Source: Bacteroidales bacterium (GTDB lineage Bacteria > Bacteroidota > Bacteroidia > Bacteroidales > UBA12077). Taken from it: a stretch of 64,000 bases of DNA. Below are positions 37,848-49,300 of this stretch, in pieces. The stretch covers positions 32,001 through 96,000 of the forward strand of contig JANQHR010000020.1 of the NCBI GenBank assembly GCA_028282585.1. Direction: 5' to 3'. Within the stretch, counting starts at the first letter, position 1; the number at the start of each line of letters is the position of its first letter. The position numbers and the translations under genes are program-made. The notes beneath the pieces are model-generated. The model was not told the DNA's origin and made no database searches. It saw only the letters and a program-made list of their open reading frames with translations.

Positions 37848-38486
37848 ATGCAATTTCGTTTGAAAAGAATCATTAAGAAGTCACTTTTCAATAAAAATAG
37901 GTATTACTCAGATAATTATTATCATCAAAGATTCTTAGGTATATATGATAATATTGCTGGTTTACGTAAACTCTTTTCATGCGATGGAAAAGATATAATT
38001 GAAACACAAACACCTATTATTTTAAATAATAAAGTTGAGTTTGGAAGTAACCTAAGATATGTGAAAAAAAGTTTAAACTCTCCATTTGTTATCATAAAAA
38101 GAAACTTAGACCACCTCAATTTTAATATCTTACTTTTAAAAGTCAGACTCGGCGGATTTAAATGTAAGCAAAACATTCATTTGTTCGAAAACTCTTTATA
38201 TTATTATAATTATGTTTTTTCATATTTAACTAAAAGTGAAAAAGAAATAATTAAAAAATTATTATGTAAAAAGTATCTACAAGAACACCATGATTTGACA
38301 AATAAAGTTATAGTTGATAAAAACGGAAATAAATTGTTTTTAAATGAAAATGTGGATTTCTCAATTAATTACTTAACGGGAAACCCACTTATTTTAAAAG
38401 AATTAACCGACTTTCAAGAGATAAATAGATTGAATCATCAAAAGCTTATTGAGCAAAATGAAGTTGAACTTTTAAATAAACTTTAG
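37848..38486 (+). CDS. Hypothetical cytoplasmic protein
   Basis: A 212-aa ORF filling the gap; no motif recognised. Confidence 0.6.
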   Translation: MQFRLKRIIKKSLFNKNRYYSDNYYHQRFLGIYDNIAGLRKLFSCDGKDIIETQTPIILNNKVEFGSNLRYVKKSLNSPFVIIKRNLDHLNFNILLLKVRLGGFKCKQNIHLFENSLYYYNYVFSYLTKSEKEIIKKLLCKKYLQEHHDLTNKVIVDKNGNKLFLNENVDFSINYLTGNPLILKELTDFQEINRLNHQKLIEQNEVELLNKL

Positions 38487-38488
38487 AG

Positions 38489-38935
38489 TTAACTCTTATC
38501 CTTTGATTCTTCATTAAAACTTACCATCCAGTTAATTCCAAATTTATCTATACACATTCCAAAATAATCTCCCCAAAATGTACTATCCATTGGCATGGTT
38601 ACTTTTCCACCTTCGGATAAACCATTGAATAATTTATCAGCTTCTGCTTTATTATCTGCGTTTATAGAAATAGAAAAATTATTTCCTTGCTTAAAATCAG
38701 GTGCCCATTCTCCTCCTGTATCACTACCCATTATTATTGTTTCTTCACTTATTGGTAAAGATATATGCATGATTTTATCTTTAAAATCATCCGGGATAGA
38801 TGGCATGCCTTCCTGTGGCGGCATTTCTCCAAAAGTACTTACATAAGGAAATTCTCCTCCAAATACAGATTTATAAAAATCAAAGGCTTCTTTACAATCT
38901 CCATTAAAGTTTAAATAAACATTTACTGTTGGCAT
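38489..38935 (-). CDS. VOC family protein (PhnB-like)
   Basis: YLNFNGDCKEAFDFYKSVFGG, IMH and FWG.YFGMCIDKFGINWM. Confidence 0.92.
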   Translation of the reverse strand: MPTVNVYLNFNGDCKEAFDFYKSVFGGEFPYVSTFGEMPPQEGMPSIPDDFKDKIMHISLPISEETIIMGSDTGGEWAPDFKQGNNFSISINADNKAEADKLFNGLSEGGKVTMPMDSTFWGDYFGMCIDKFGINWMVSFNEESKDKS

Positions 38936-38983
38936 AGCTTTTAATTTTAGTTAATAATTTTATTAATGATTAAAGTTATAAGT

Positions 38984-39679
38984 TTACCATGGAATTTCCT
39001 TTTTATCTCTTAAAAATTTACCTGTTAAACTTTGAGGAGCTTCGTTTGCCAACCATACAGGTGTTTCAGCGCCCTTTTCAACTAAACGGGATGCTCCCTG
39101 CCCTCCCATATCTGTTTTTACCCAACCCGGACAAACAGAGTTTACAGCAATATTTTTTCCTAACAACTCAAAAGCTAATTGCCTTGTAATTGAATTCAGG
39201 GTAGTTTTTGAAACACAATATGCCGGAGACCAACCTCCCACAGGATCGGTCATCGAACCACCACCGCTCGAAATATTAATAATTCTCCCTCCGTTTGGAA
39301 TAAATTGTAAAAACTCTTTTGTAATATTTATCACCCCATAACAATTGGTTTGAATTGTGTTTTCATTGATTGATGGAGAGTTAGTCAACAGACTTCTATC
39401 TTCTTTCATCAAAATAGCTGCATTATTTATGAGTACATCCAGTTTTAAATTTAATTTCATAAATTCAATAGCAGCTCTTTGAATGCTTTCCAAGTCACTA
39501 ATATCTGTAACCAACATTTCCGCATCAATTCCTTCATCCAATAAATTACCCAGTGATTTTTTAACTTTTACTTCGTTTCTCCCGGAAATAAAAACTTTAA
39601 ATCCTTTTTTCCCTAACTGGCGCGCTATTTCGAAACCAATTCCTTTATTTGAACCAGTAATTAAAGCAGTTTTACTCAT
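38984..39679 (-). CDS. SDR oxidoreductase, carbonyl-reductase-like
   Basis: TGSNKGIG, LINNA, YCVSK and VCPGWVKTDMGG. Confidence 0.9.
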   Translation of the reverse strand: MSKTALITGSNKGIGFEIARQLGKKGFKVFISGRNEVKVKKSLGNLLDEGIDAEMLVTDISDLESIQRAAIEFMKLNLKLDVLINNAAILMKEDRSLLTNSPSINENTIQTNCYGVINITKEFLQFIPNGGRIINISSGGGSMTDPVGGWSPAYCVSKTTLNSITRQLAFELLGKNIAVNSVCPGWVKTDMGGQGASRLVEKGAETPVWLANEAPQSLTGKFLRDKKEIPW

Positions 39680-40062
39680 AACTTTTAAATCTTCTTAAAT
39701 AATTATACTATTAACAATTAAAATATAGAGTAGTTTAAATAAATTATTCCTTTTTACATAGGTTTATATTAATAAATACTTTACAGTTTTATGTTGACAA
39801 ACATGCTGAAGTTATTAAAAAGCGAATCTCAATTCTTATTTTTAATGGATAATGTTTAAACTAATTGTTATTTTTTACTAATAAAATCAGGCTTCCATAA
39901 TACAGTAACGATATTTTTAAATAATTTTTATTGCATTTTAATAAAATAATTTCGAACTTTAATTTGATTTATTAACCTTAAAATATTCTGTTATACCGAC
40001 TTTTTTACTTTGTAAAGCTATTATCTTAACAAAAAGACCGTAAAAACACTCTAAAAAATCCC

Positions 40063-40076
40063 AATAAAGCTTTATT
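40063..40076. promoter_or_regulatory. Perfect 14-bp palindrome, possible operator
   Basis: AATAAAGCTTTATT, 35 nt upstream of the structured element; AT-rich, so it may be chance. Confidence 0.25.
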
Positions 40077-40111
40077 AAGAAATAAAAGTACTGGTTAATA
40101 ATTCTTAATCG

Positions 40112-40244
40112 AAAGGCGACTATTACTTTGTGAAAGCTGTTTTATCTTCCAGATAGATTAAACATCTGTTGAACTGGTAGTTATATACAGTTATAATATC
40201 TATTTTTTAGATATTAATCTACAAAGTAATTACTACGCCTTTTT
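40112..40244 (+). ncRNA. Candidate structured RNA (three-way junction) in the subtilase leader
   Basis: AAAGGCG/CGCCTTT plus ATTACTTTGT/ACAAAGTAAT enclose two hairpins; the element ends in T5. Confidence 0.45.
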
Positions 40245-40301
40245 ATGCATTCGTTTTTACTGTCAAAATGTGATTTAAAAATCATTAAAAAAAGTAAAAC
40301 T

Positions 40302-40340
40302 ATGAAAACAACTATTTTAATTAGAGCTGACCCCTTCTAG
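40302..40340 (+). CDS. Putative 12-aa leader peptide MKTTILIRADPF
   Basis: ATG in an A-rich Bacteroidota-type initiation context (AAAAAAAGTAAAACT-ATG); the stop lies 55 nt before the subtilase start. Confidence 0.35.
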   Translation: MKTTILIRADPF

Positions 40341-40395
40341 AACAACACAAACTTAAAGTACTAAAAATTACATGTTAAATTAAACACTCAAATTT

Positions 40396-43300
40396 ATGAT
40401 AAAAAAACTGACCAAATTTATTTTAGTAGCAATAATAATATTAGCCTCAGCTTTAATTCTGAACGCGCAAGATCACTATCACAAAGAGATCTTTAGAATT
40501 AAATTTGATACAAAAATGGAAGCTACTATTAACACTATGAAAATGCAAAAAAGCCCAACTGGAGTTATTCAAACAGGCATTGCATCAATTGATAAATTAA
40601 ACGAGAAGTATAGTGTTTCAAATATTAAAAGAGTTTTCCCTTATGCTGGAAAATTTGAAAAAAAACATCAGAAATATGGATTACATTTATGGTACGAAGT
40701 AATTGTAACTAATAATTCTGATATAGAACTTGCAACAAAAGAATATCTTGCTCTTAACGAAGTTTCGCTAAGTGAATTAGTTCTAAAAAAAACAATAGGT
40801 GGGACACCATTTAATTCTTACAAAGCAGGAGTTCAAAATTCACTTCCTGTTGGCACCAATGATCCACAATACGGTGATCAATGGCATTATAATAATACCG
40901 GACAAAGCGGAGGAACAGTTGATGCTGATGTTGATTTACCGGAAGCATGGGTAGTTCAAACAGGAGACTCCGAAATTATAGTTTCTGTTCATGATGGAGG
41001 AATTGATGTAGATCATGAGGATCTCATAGGAAATATGTGGATTAATCCAAATGAAATTGCTGGTAATGGCATCGATGACGATAATAACGGCTATATTGAT
41101 GACATTTATGGCTATAATTTTGGAGACAATACAGGGACAATTTACGCAGATAACCACGGAACACATGTTGGAGGTACTGTAGCTGCAGAAACCAATAATG
41201 GTATTGGTATGTCTGGAGTTGCAGGTGGAACAGGATCAGATGATGGGGTTCGATTGATGTCTTGTGCTGTATTTGGAAATATTAGCAATGGAGGATTTCC
41301 CGAGTCTTACATTTATGCTGCCGATCATGGAGCCATAATTTCTCAAAACAGTTGGGGATATACAAGTCCTAATAGCTATGAACAAGCTGTATTGGATGCT
41401 ATTGATTATTTTATAGCTGAAGCTGGCATGAATGAAAATGGGATTCAAACAGGTCCAATGGCTGGAGGACTAGTAATATTTGCTGCAGGCAACAATGGTT
41501 CTGATAATTTATGGTATCCGGGTTACTATGAGTCTGTAATGGCTGTTGCTGGAACCGATCATAACGATAATAAATATACCAGTTCAAATTTCGGATCATG
41601 GGTCGACTTAGCTGCTCCTGCTGTGAATATTTACAGTACCATTCCAAATGATAACTATACTGGTGGATATAGTGGAACATCAATGGCTTGCCCACATGTA
41701 TCAGGTACAGCAGCCTTAATTCTTTCTCAATTTAAAGATGATGATATTACCCCACAACAGATCTGGGATCGTTTAATAAACTCTACTGATACATTAACTT
41801 TTATCGGTGCTGAAGATTGGGGAACTGGCCGCTTAAACGCTTTTGCTGCTTTAGCTGAGGACGATGGCCAACCACCTTTGGCAATATCAGATATGACCAT
41901 TATCGATGTTTCAGCTGTTTCTGTCACATTTACCTGGACAGCTCCTGCTGATCAACCAGATGGATATCCAGCTTCAATATATGATTTCCGATATTCGGAA
42001 AATCCAATTACCGCTGCTAACTTTGATCAAGCAACACATTATGAATTGCCAGCACCAAGTGTAGCAGGTACTTTGGAATCAGTCGTAGTTAAAGGATTGT
42101 CTGTTGGAACAACTTATTATTTCGCGGTAAAATCAGCCGATCACTTTGGAAATACATCTGATATTTCAAATACTGTGACTGCTACAACAGATCAAGCTCC
42201 TGATATTGTTATAACAGGCGACCCAAGTGTAACTATTAATTCTTCGGTAAATCCTGTTGAAATTGGAATGTTTACAATTGAGAATCAAGGACAAGCTGAA
42301 TTATCTTACAATATTTTCCCTGTTTACCTTGGAAAAACTATACCTCAAGTTCAATCAAGTTTAATATATCCGGGTAATGAAGTTTCGATCGAACCTGAAG
42401 CAAATTATTCGGAATTAGCTGAATTAACAAGCTCTGTGACAACAAAAAACCATTCTGTTATTCAATCATACTTCGAAAATGAAATTGCACATATAATAAA
42501 TTATGATGATGGAGATGACGAAGCAGATGGTTCAATTGCTGTTACTTCCGGCGGAACACCTGTTGTTTGGGCAGCTGCAACAGCTTTTGATGTACCTGAT
42601 CTTGGTGGGGATGATTTTATTTTATCCCATATTAGTGCATATATCGAAGCTGAAGGTTCAGCTGTATCTAATCCAACAAGTGTTTCAATTATTGCCGGTG
42701 GTGATAATCCATTGCAAGGCGAATTAATTATGATGCAGGAGTTCACCAATATAATTGGTGCTGAGTATGTAAATATTCCGCTTGAAATGCCTGTATCATT
42801 TAGTACTGGTGATAAGTTCTGGATTGTATTTAATTTCCCGGCAGCACCATTAAGACTAGGTTATGATGATGTAATTGGAGGTAACAGACCTGGCTCTTAT
42901 CTGGCATATTTAAACGGACAATGGGATGATATTCAAACCGAATCAGGATGGAGTAATTATGTGTGGGCTGTTAGGGCAATCCAAACTCAATTACATGGGG
43001 TTACTTTAGATATTTCTCAAGGAACTATTGGAGTTGGATCAGCTCAAGATATTAGTGTAACATTTGATGCTACTGATATTAACAGAAATGGAGACCATAA
43101 TTTCAATATTTATATTTTAAGCAATGATCCTGTTACACCTGTTGAAAAAGTTGAAGCAACAGCCACTGTGACAGGTATTCCGGAACCAAATATTAATATT
43201 GAACCTGATACTATAAATTCTTTAATAGATGCTAGTGTAAATCCTGTTAAAACTGAAACTCTTACTATCTTCAATAATGGAGAAGGTGAATTACAGTTTG

Positions 43301-46300
43301 ATTTTATAAATCCGATAGTTCAACAGGATTTCCATGTTGATGCATTCATTGGAGAATATCCACTTGGAGATGCTTTGGAATCATTACAAGCTGCACCTTA
43401 TGTTAATCCTAATGTTAACACATCACTTCCTGTAGTTAAATTAGCGGGATCAACAGCTTATGCCCAAGAGGTTTATCCTAATGAATATTTTGTTTCTTTA
43501 TCTACGGATAATCCGGGAACATATCTCACTTCAAGCAGTGTTTCTTATACAGCGTATGCAGGTGATTTTGCGAAAGGTGATGATAAACACATGTATATTG
43601 TTGATGATGGAACTTCTGAATTAAAGAAGTTGAACATTGAAACAGAAGAATTAACTACAGTTGGACCAACATTGAAATTCACAGATTTAGCTTGTGATAA
43701 AAATGATGGTACAATGTATGGTGCATTTTATGCAGAACCTTCATCTTATTTATACACTATTGATCTATCATCTGGAACTGGAACCTTAGTCGGAACAATT
43801 GGTTCTGGAATTATGATTTCAATTGCATGTGATGGAGATGGTAATTTATGGGGGCTGAACCTTGATGATAATATTTATTCAATAGATAAATCTACAGGTA
43901 CTATGACCCTGGTAGGATCGGCCGGATTTGATGCGAATTATGCACAAAGTATGGCATGGGATCCTTTAACTGATCTGGTTTATATGGCAGCATATAACAA
44001 CGTAGCAGACCGAGGTGAGTTACGTATATTAGATACGGAAACCGGAGCATCGGAACTTATTGGTGCATTTGCCGGAAACGCAGAAATAACGGCATTTGGT
44101 TTCCCAGGTGGTGGTACTACAGATTTTATTACGGTTAATCCTACCTCAGGAACAGTTGAGGCAAACTCATCAATAACTGTTGACGTAGAACTTGATGCTA
44201 CAATTTTACCAAATGAACTATACAGTTCATCATTAACAGTTTATTCGAATGATTATGATAACTTATCAACAGTTGTGCCTGTTAACCTTGATGTAACAGG
44301 ACAAGTTGGGGAAATTAACCTAAGTTCTGTATTTATTGAATTTGGAACTGTATTTTTAAATGGAGAAAAAGAAATTCCTTTTAAAATTTACAACACAGGA
44401 ATAGGAAACCTTCAGATTACTGATATTATCTCAAATCAACCTATATTTACTACTGATCTTGAAGATACTACAGTATTAGCAATGGGTGACACTTTGTTTG
44501 TAAAAGCAAAATGCGCACCTAACTTCTTGGGTCAATTCAATGCAATACTTACGGTAAAAAGTAACGACCTAAATAATCCAGAAGTAGAAATTACAGTTAC
44601 TGCAACTGCTATTTCACCTCCGGTAATTTCTTTAGATCCAACAGAAATTGAGGTTACAATGGATGCTGGACAGGTTCGAAATGAGCAATTTACAATACGT
44701 AATTATGGTATGTATCCATTACAGTTCTCAATGCCTGAAGTTGCTGCAAATCAATTATTAAATAATCCTGATATTGAGAAAAACAATATTTCGTTTATTG
44801 AAGGAATAACCCAAAATACCGATAAACAAATAAATAGCGGTGGTCAGGGTCATCCTGTTCAACTAGGTGCCGGAGGTCCGGATGAGTTAGGTTATAGTTG
44901 GATCGATAGCAGAGAAACTGGTGGACCAGTTTATAATTGGGAAGAAATATCTATAACAGGAACAGAAATCCTGGCAAATAGTGATGACGGATCTATAGAT
45001 ATTGAATTGCCATTTGGTTTTAAGTTTTACGGTGAAGTCAAAACTTCAGCAAAGATTGGATCTAATGGTTATATTACATTTGGTACTGATGGTACTGATT
45101 ATACAAATGATCAAATACCAAGCACTACTGAACCTAATAACTATATTGCTCCTTTCTGGGATGACTTAAGACCATCAAGCAAACGTGGCCAAGTATTTTA
45201 TAAAACAGGTTCTGATAAATTTATTGTACAATATAACGAAGTAGGAAATTACCCAAGTTCTTCGGCAGGTACAATTACATTCCAGGTAGTATTATTCCCT
45301 AATGGTAATATAAAATATTACTATAAAGAAATAACACTTGAAAATAATGCAAGTGCTACAATTGGCACTGAAAATGAGGATGGTACAATTGGTTTACAAG
45401 TGGCATATAATACGGATTATATTGAAGATAATATGGCAGTATTAATATTCCCGGGTAGAACACCATTCGATATTAGTGCTAGTCCTGTTTCTGGAATAAT
45501 TCAACCAAGTAGTACTCAGGTTATTGATCTTAATTTAGATGCTACAGAACTGCTTGAAGATAGTTATATCAATGAATTACTTATAACCAGCAACGACCCT
45601 GTTCGGCCTGAGGAGATCTTTACAACCAAACTTGACGTTATTGGACATCCTGAAATAAATGTTTCTCCGGATAGCATTTTGTTTAGTCCAATATTCCAAA
45701 CTTTAAGTGAAGTAAGAACAATTACTATTGAAAACACAGGTAGTAAGAACTTAACGGTTAGTAATATCGCTTCAGATAATGTTTCATTTATTGCCGATTT
45801 CTCTGATCCAATTATGATAGCTCCTAAAGCGATTACAAACGTTGATATAACTTTTACAGCCATTAATATCGGAGAAGAAGTTGGTACAATAACAATTGAA
45901 AGTGACGATGAATTTGGTAATCAATCGTACGAAGTATTTGTTTCAGGAACTGGTCTTGTTCCACCGGAAATAACTGTTACTACGAACCCTTCACCTGTTG
46001 AAATAACTATGAATTCGGGTGATATTGATTCGATTAACATAGCTATAGAAAACAGTGGTGGTTCAACACTAAATTACGTTATGGTTAAACCTTACTATAC
46101 TAATGTTGGTAATGTATCAGTTACAGCTCATAATCCTGCAAATGAACTTACCTCTAAAGAACAACCCGATGAAAGAACTGGTAATGCAGTTCAGACTGGA
46201 AATGGCGAACCGGATAATTTTGGTTATACCTGGATTGATAGTGATGAAGGTTCTGAAGTAATTTACGACTGGATTGAAATCAAGAACATTGGTACCAAAC

Positions 46301-49300
46301 TTGACCTGGGAGCCGATAATGGAACATGGATAACATTACCATTTAATTTCCCATTCTACAATGAAACTTATAATGAAGTACAAATCGCTTCAAATGGTTT
46401 CTTTACATTTAGCGAGCCTTTAGGTTCCATAGGTGGTTATTCAAACCAGGATATACCAACTACTACCGAACCTAACAATTTAATAGCTCCATTATGGGAT
46501 GATATTGAACCACAAAATGGTGATGGTGTTTATGTTTATTCCACATCTGAATATATCATTATTCAGTACAATGAAGTACCTGCATTTTGGTCAACTGGTG
46601 TAGGAACATTCCAGGCTATTGTTTATGCTAATGGTAACATCAAATTCCAATATAAAGACATGACAGCTTATGAAGGAATTGATAAGGCAACTGTTGGCAT
46701 AGAAAATGAAGATGGAACAGATGCGTTACAAGTTGTATTCAATAACACTTATGTAAAAGATGGATTAGCTGTATTAATTAAGAGCCCATATTTGATTGGA
46801 AGTGTTGAACCCGGTTTAACAGCAAATATCAACTTAATAATTGATGCAACTGATATTTATGATGGAACTTACGAAGCACCATTAAAATTGTTAAGTAACG
46901 ACATTACAGACCCTTCTATTGAGATTCCTACTACTTTAACTATAATTGGAACACCAGAAATAAGTTTAAGTTCAGATTCTGTATTATTTAACGAACTTTA
47001 CTTTATTCCAGGTGAAAACAATAACGATACGGAAGAGCTAATCGTGAAAAATAATGGTTCGAAAACATTACTAATTGATTCGTTATGGTTTACCAATGAA
47101 ACTGTTGTATTTACGGCAGATAAATCAGGTGTATTTGAAATTGCTCCAAAAGAAGAGTTGATAGTTGAATTAACTTTCACTCCGGAAGCTGTCGGATCTT
47201 TTGACAATATCTTCAATATTGCAAGTAATGATGCATTACAACCAGTTGCTACTACCCTATTATTTGGTGAAGCAATTGAACCGCCTGTTATTGCAATTGA
47301 TGATACGGATACCCTTTTATTTGACCTAAAGTCAACTGAATCTGGCACAGAAGTTTCTGTTGTGAGCAATGAAGGTGGAAGTTTGCTTGAGTATGATATT
47401 AGTATTGTTACCTTATCAGGCCAATTTACAAATGAAGTACAAAGTATTTACAACAGACCGGTAGTTAATTCAACGGTTTATAGATCTATGTCCGCTTCAG
47501 GTAACTTTGATATGAATATTGATTATGAGCAGTCTGATATTGTATTTAATGACTCCATTGTTTATGATCCGGAAGGTGCTCCGGATGATTATTACGGTTA
47601 CGATGGTGGTGCTCCTTATAGCTCAGCTAACAGATTTGTTGTAAATAGTGCAACATTCAACTTAACTCATATAACTAACTACTATCAAACCGGTGGAGTT
47701 ACAGAGCCTGTAATTTTGGAAATCTATAAAGGTGGAAATTTACCTGAACAAGGCACTTTATTAGCTACTCAAACATTTACACACTCTGAAGCAAATACTG
47801 GTGCAAAATGTTTAATTGAGTTAGAATCTCCTCAATCATTTGTTCAAGGTGATGTATTCTTTATTGTTATACATTATCCTCAAGCTATAAATTTCCCTGC
47901 TGCATTTAACAGGAATGTTTCAGGGGTTGATGGAGTTTCTTACTGGTATGATGTAAACTCGTCAACCTGGCTTGCCGAAGACCCTGGTTATGTATACAAA
48001 ATCAGAGCTTTTGAAACTATTAATACATCACCGGATAAATGGTTAACTGTTAATCCTGTCGAAGGTGAGTCAGAAGCCGGAGAGTCTGCTACTCACATAT
48101 TAACAGCTAATGCCGCAGCTACTATAGGTGGTTATCATTATGCTAAAGTGGTATATTCGTCTAACGATCCAGTTACTCCTACTACAGAAATACCGGTAAT
48201 AATGTATGTTAATAAGTTACCGGAAATCATCAGTGTTCCTGATAGCGTAGTTGTTCATGAAGGCGAAAGCATAGATATGATGGTAATAGCAACTGATCCT
48301 GAAGGTGATGCGCTCGACTTTGAACTGGTTGGCACATACAGCTTTACAGATCTTACCGTTAATCATGATACCGCAATTGTTACATATTCACCGGATTACG
48401 AACAAGCCGGAATGTTCGATTATGTTATGAATATTACTGATGTCCAAGGTGAAACCATTACTGTATCATGGCCTGTAATCGTTAATAATGTAAACAGATC
48501 GCCAAGATTATTAACAGATATTGATGATAAAATGTATTTCGTAACCGATCCTATAGATCAAATTGATTTAAATCAATACTTTATTGATCCTGATGGAGAA
48601 TCATTAATTTACGATGCATTCCCAAGTTCAGATACAGCATTTAGTGTAGGTATTAATGATAATATGCTTGAAATTACACCTACAAATCTTGGTTATGGTG
48701 TAATTACGGTTACCGCGACTGATGCTGAAGGTGCATATACTGCTGCATCGTTCAATGTAAGAATTCGTCATACGGAAAATCATGCGCCAATTTTGATTTA
48801 TGATTTATCATACATCTTTATTCATGGAAGCGATGAGGTTAACTATAATTTGGATGACTATTTTACAGATATTGATTGGGATGAAATTACATATAGTTTC
48901 CAGGTTTCTGGTGTACCTTCTGTAATAGTCAGTTTAGCTGATAACGAATTAACATTAGAACCAACCAGATCTGGAATGACATTCTTAACTCTATATGCTG
49001 ATGATGGTCGTGGTGGTATAACGGGAGTTTCACTAATTGTATTTGTATATGGTAATAAAAATGGTATGCCATTTATATTATCTCCAATTGCTAACAGAAC
49101 ATATACATTGGATGATAATACAGAAAAACTTAATTTGTCTGAATACTTTGGTGATCCTGATCAAGATAATCTAAGGTATATTGGAGTAATTAAGAATGGA
49201 AATTCTGTAGAAGCCATAGTAAATGATAACATTCTTGAAATAACACCAAAAGAACTTGGCGAAAGTATCATCACTATATATGTAAGCGATGAAAACACAG

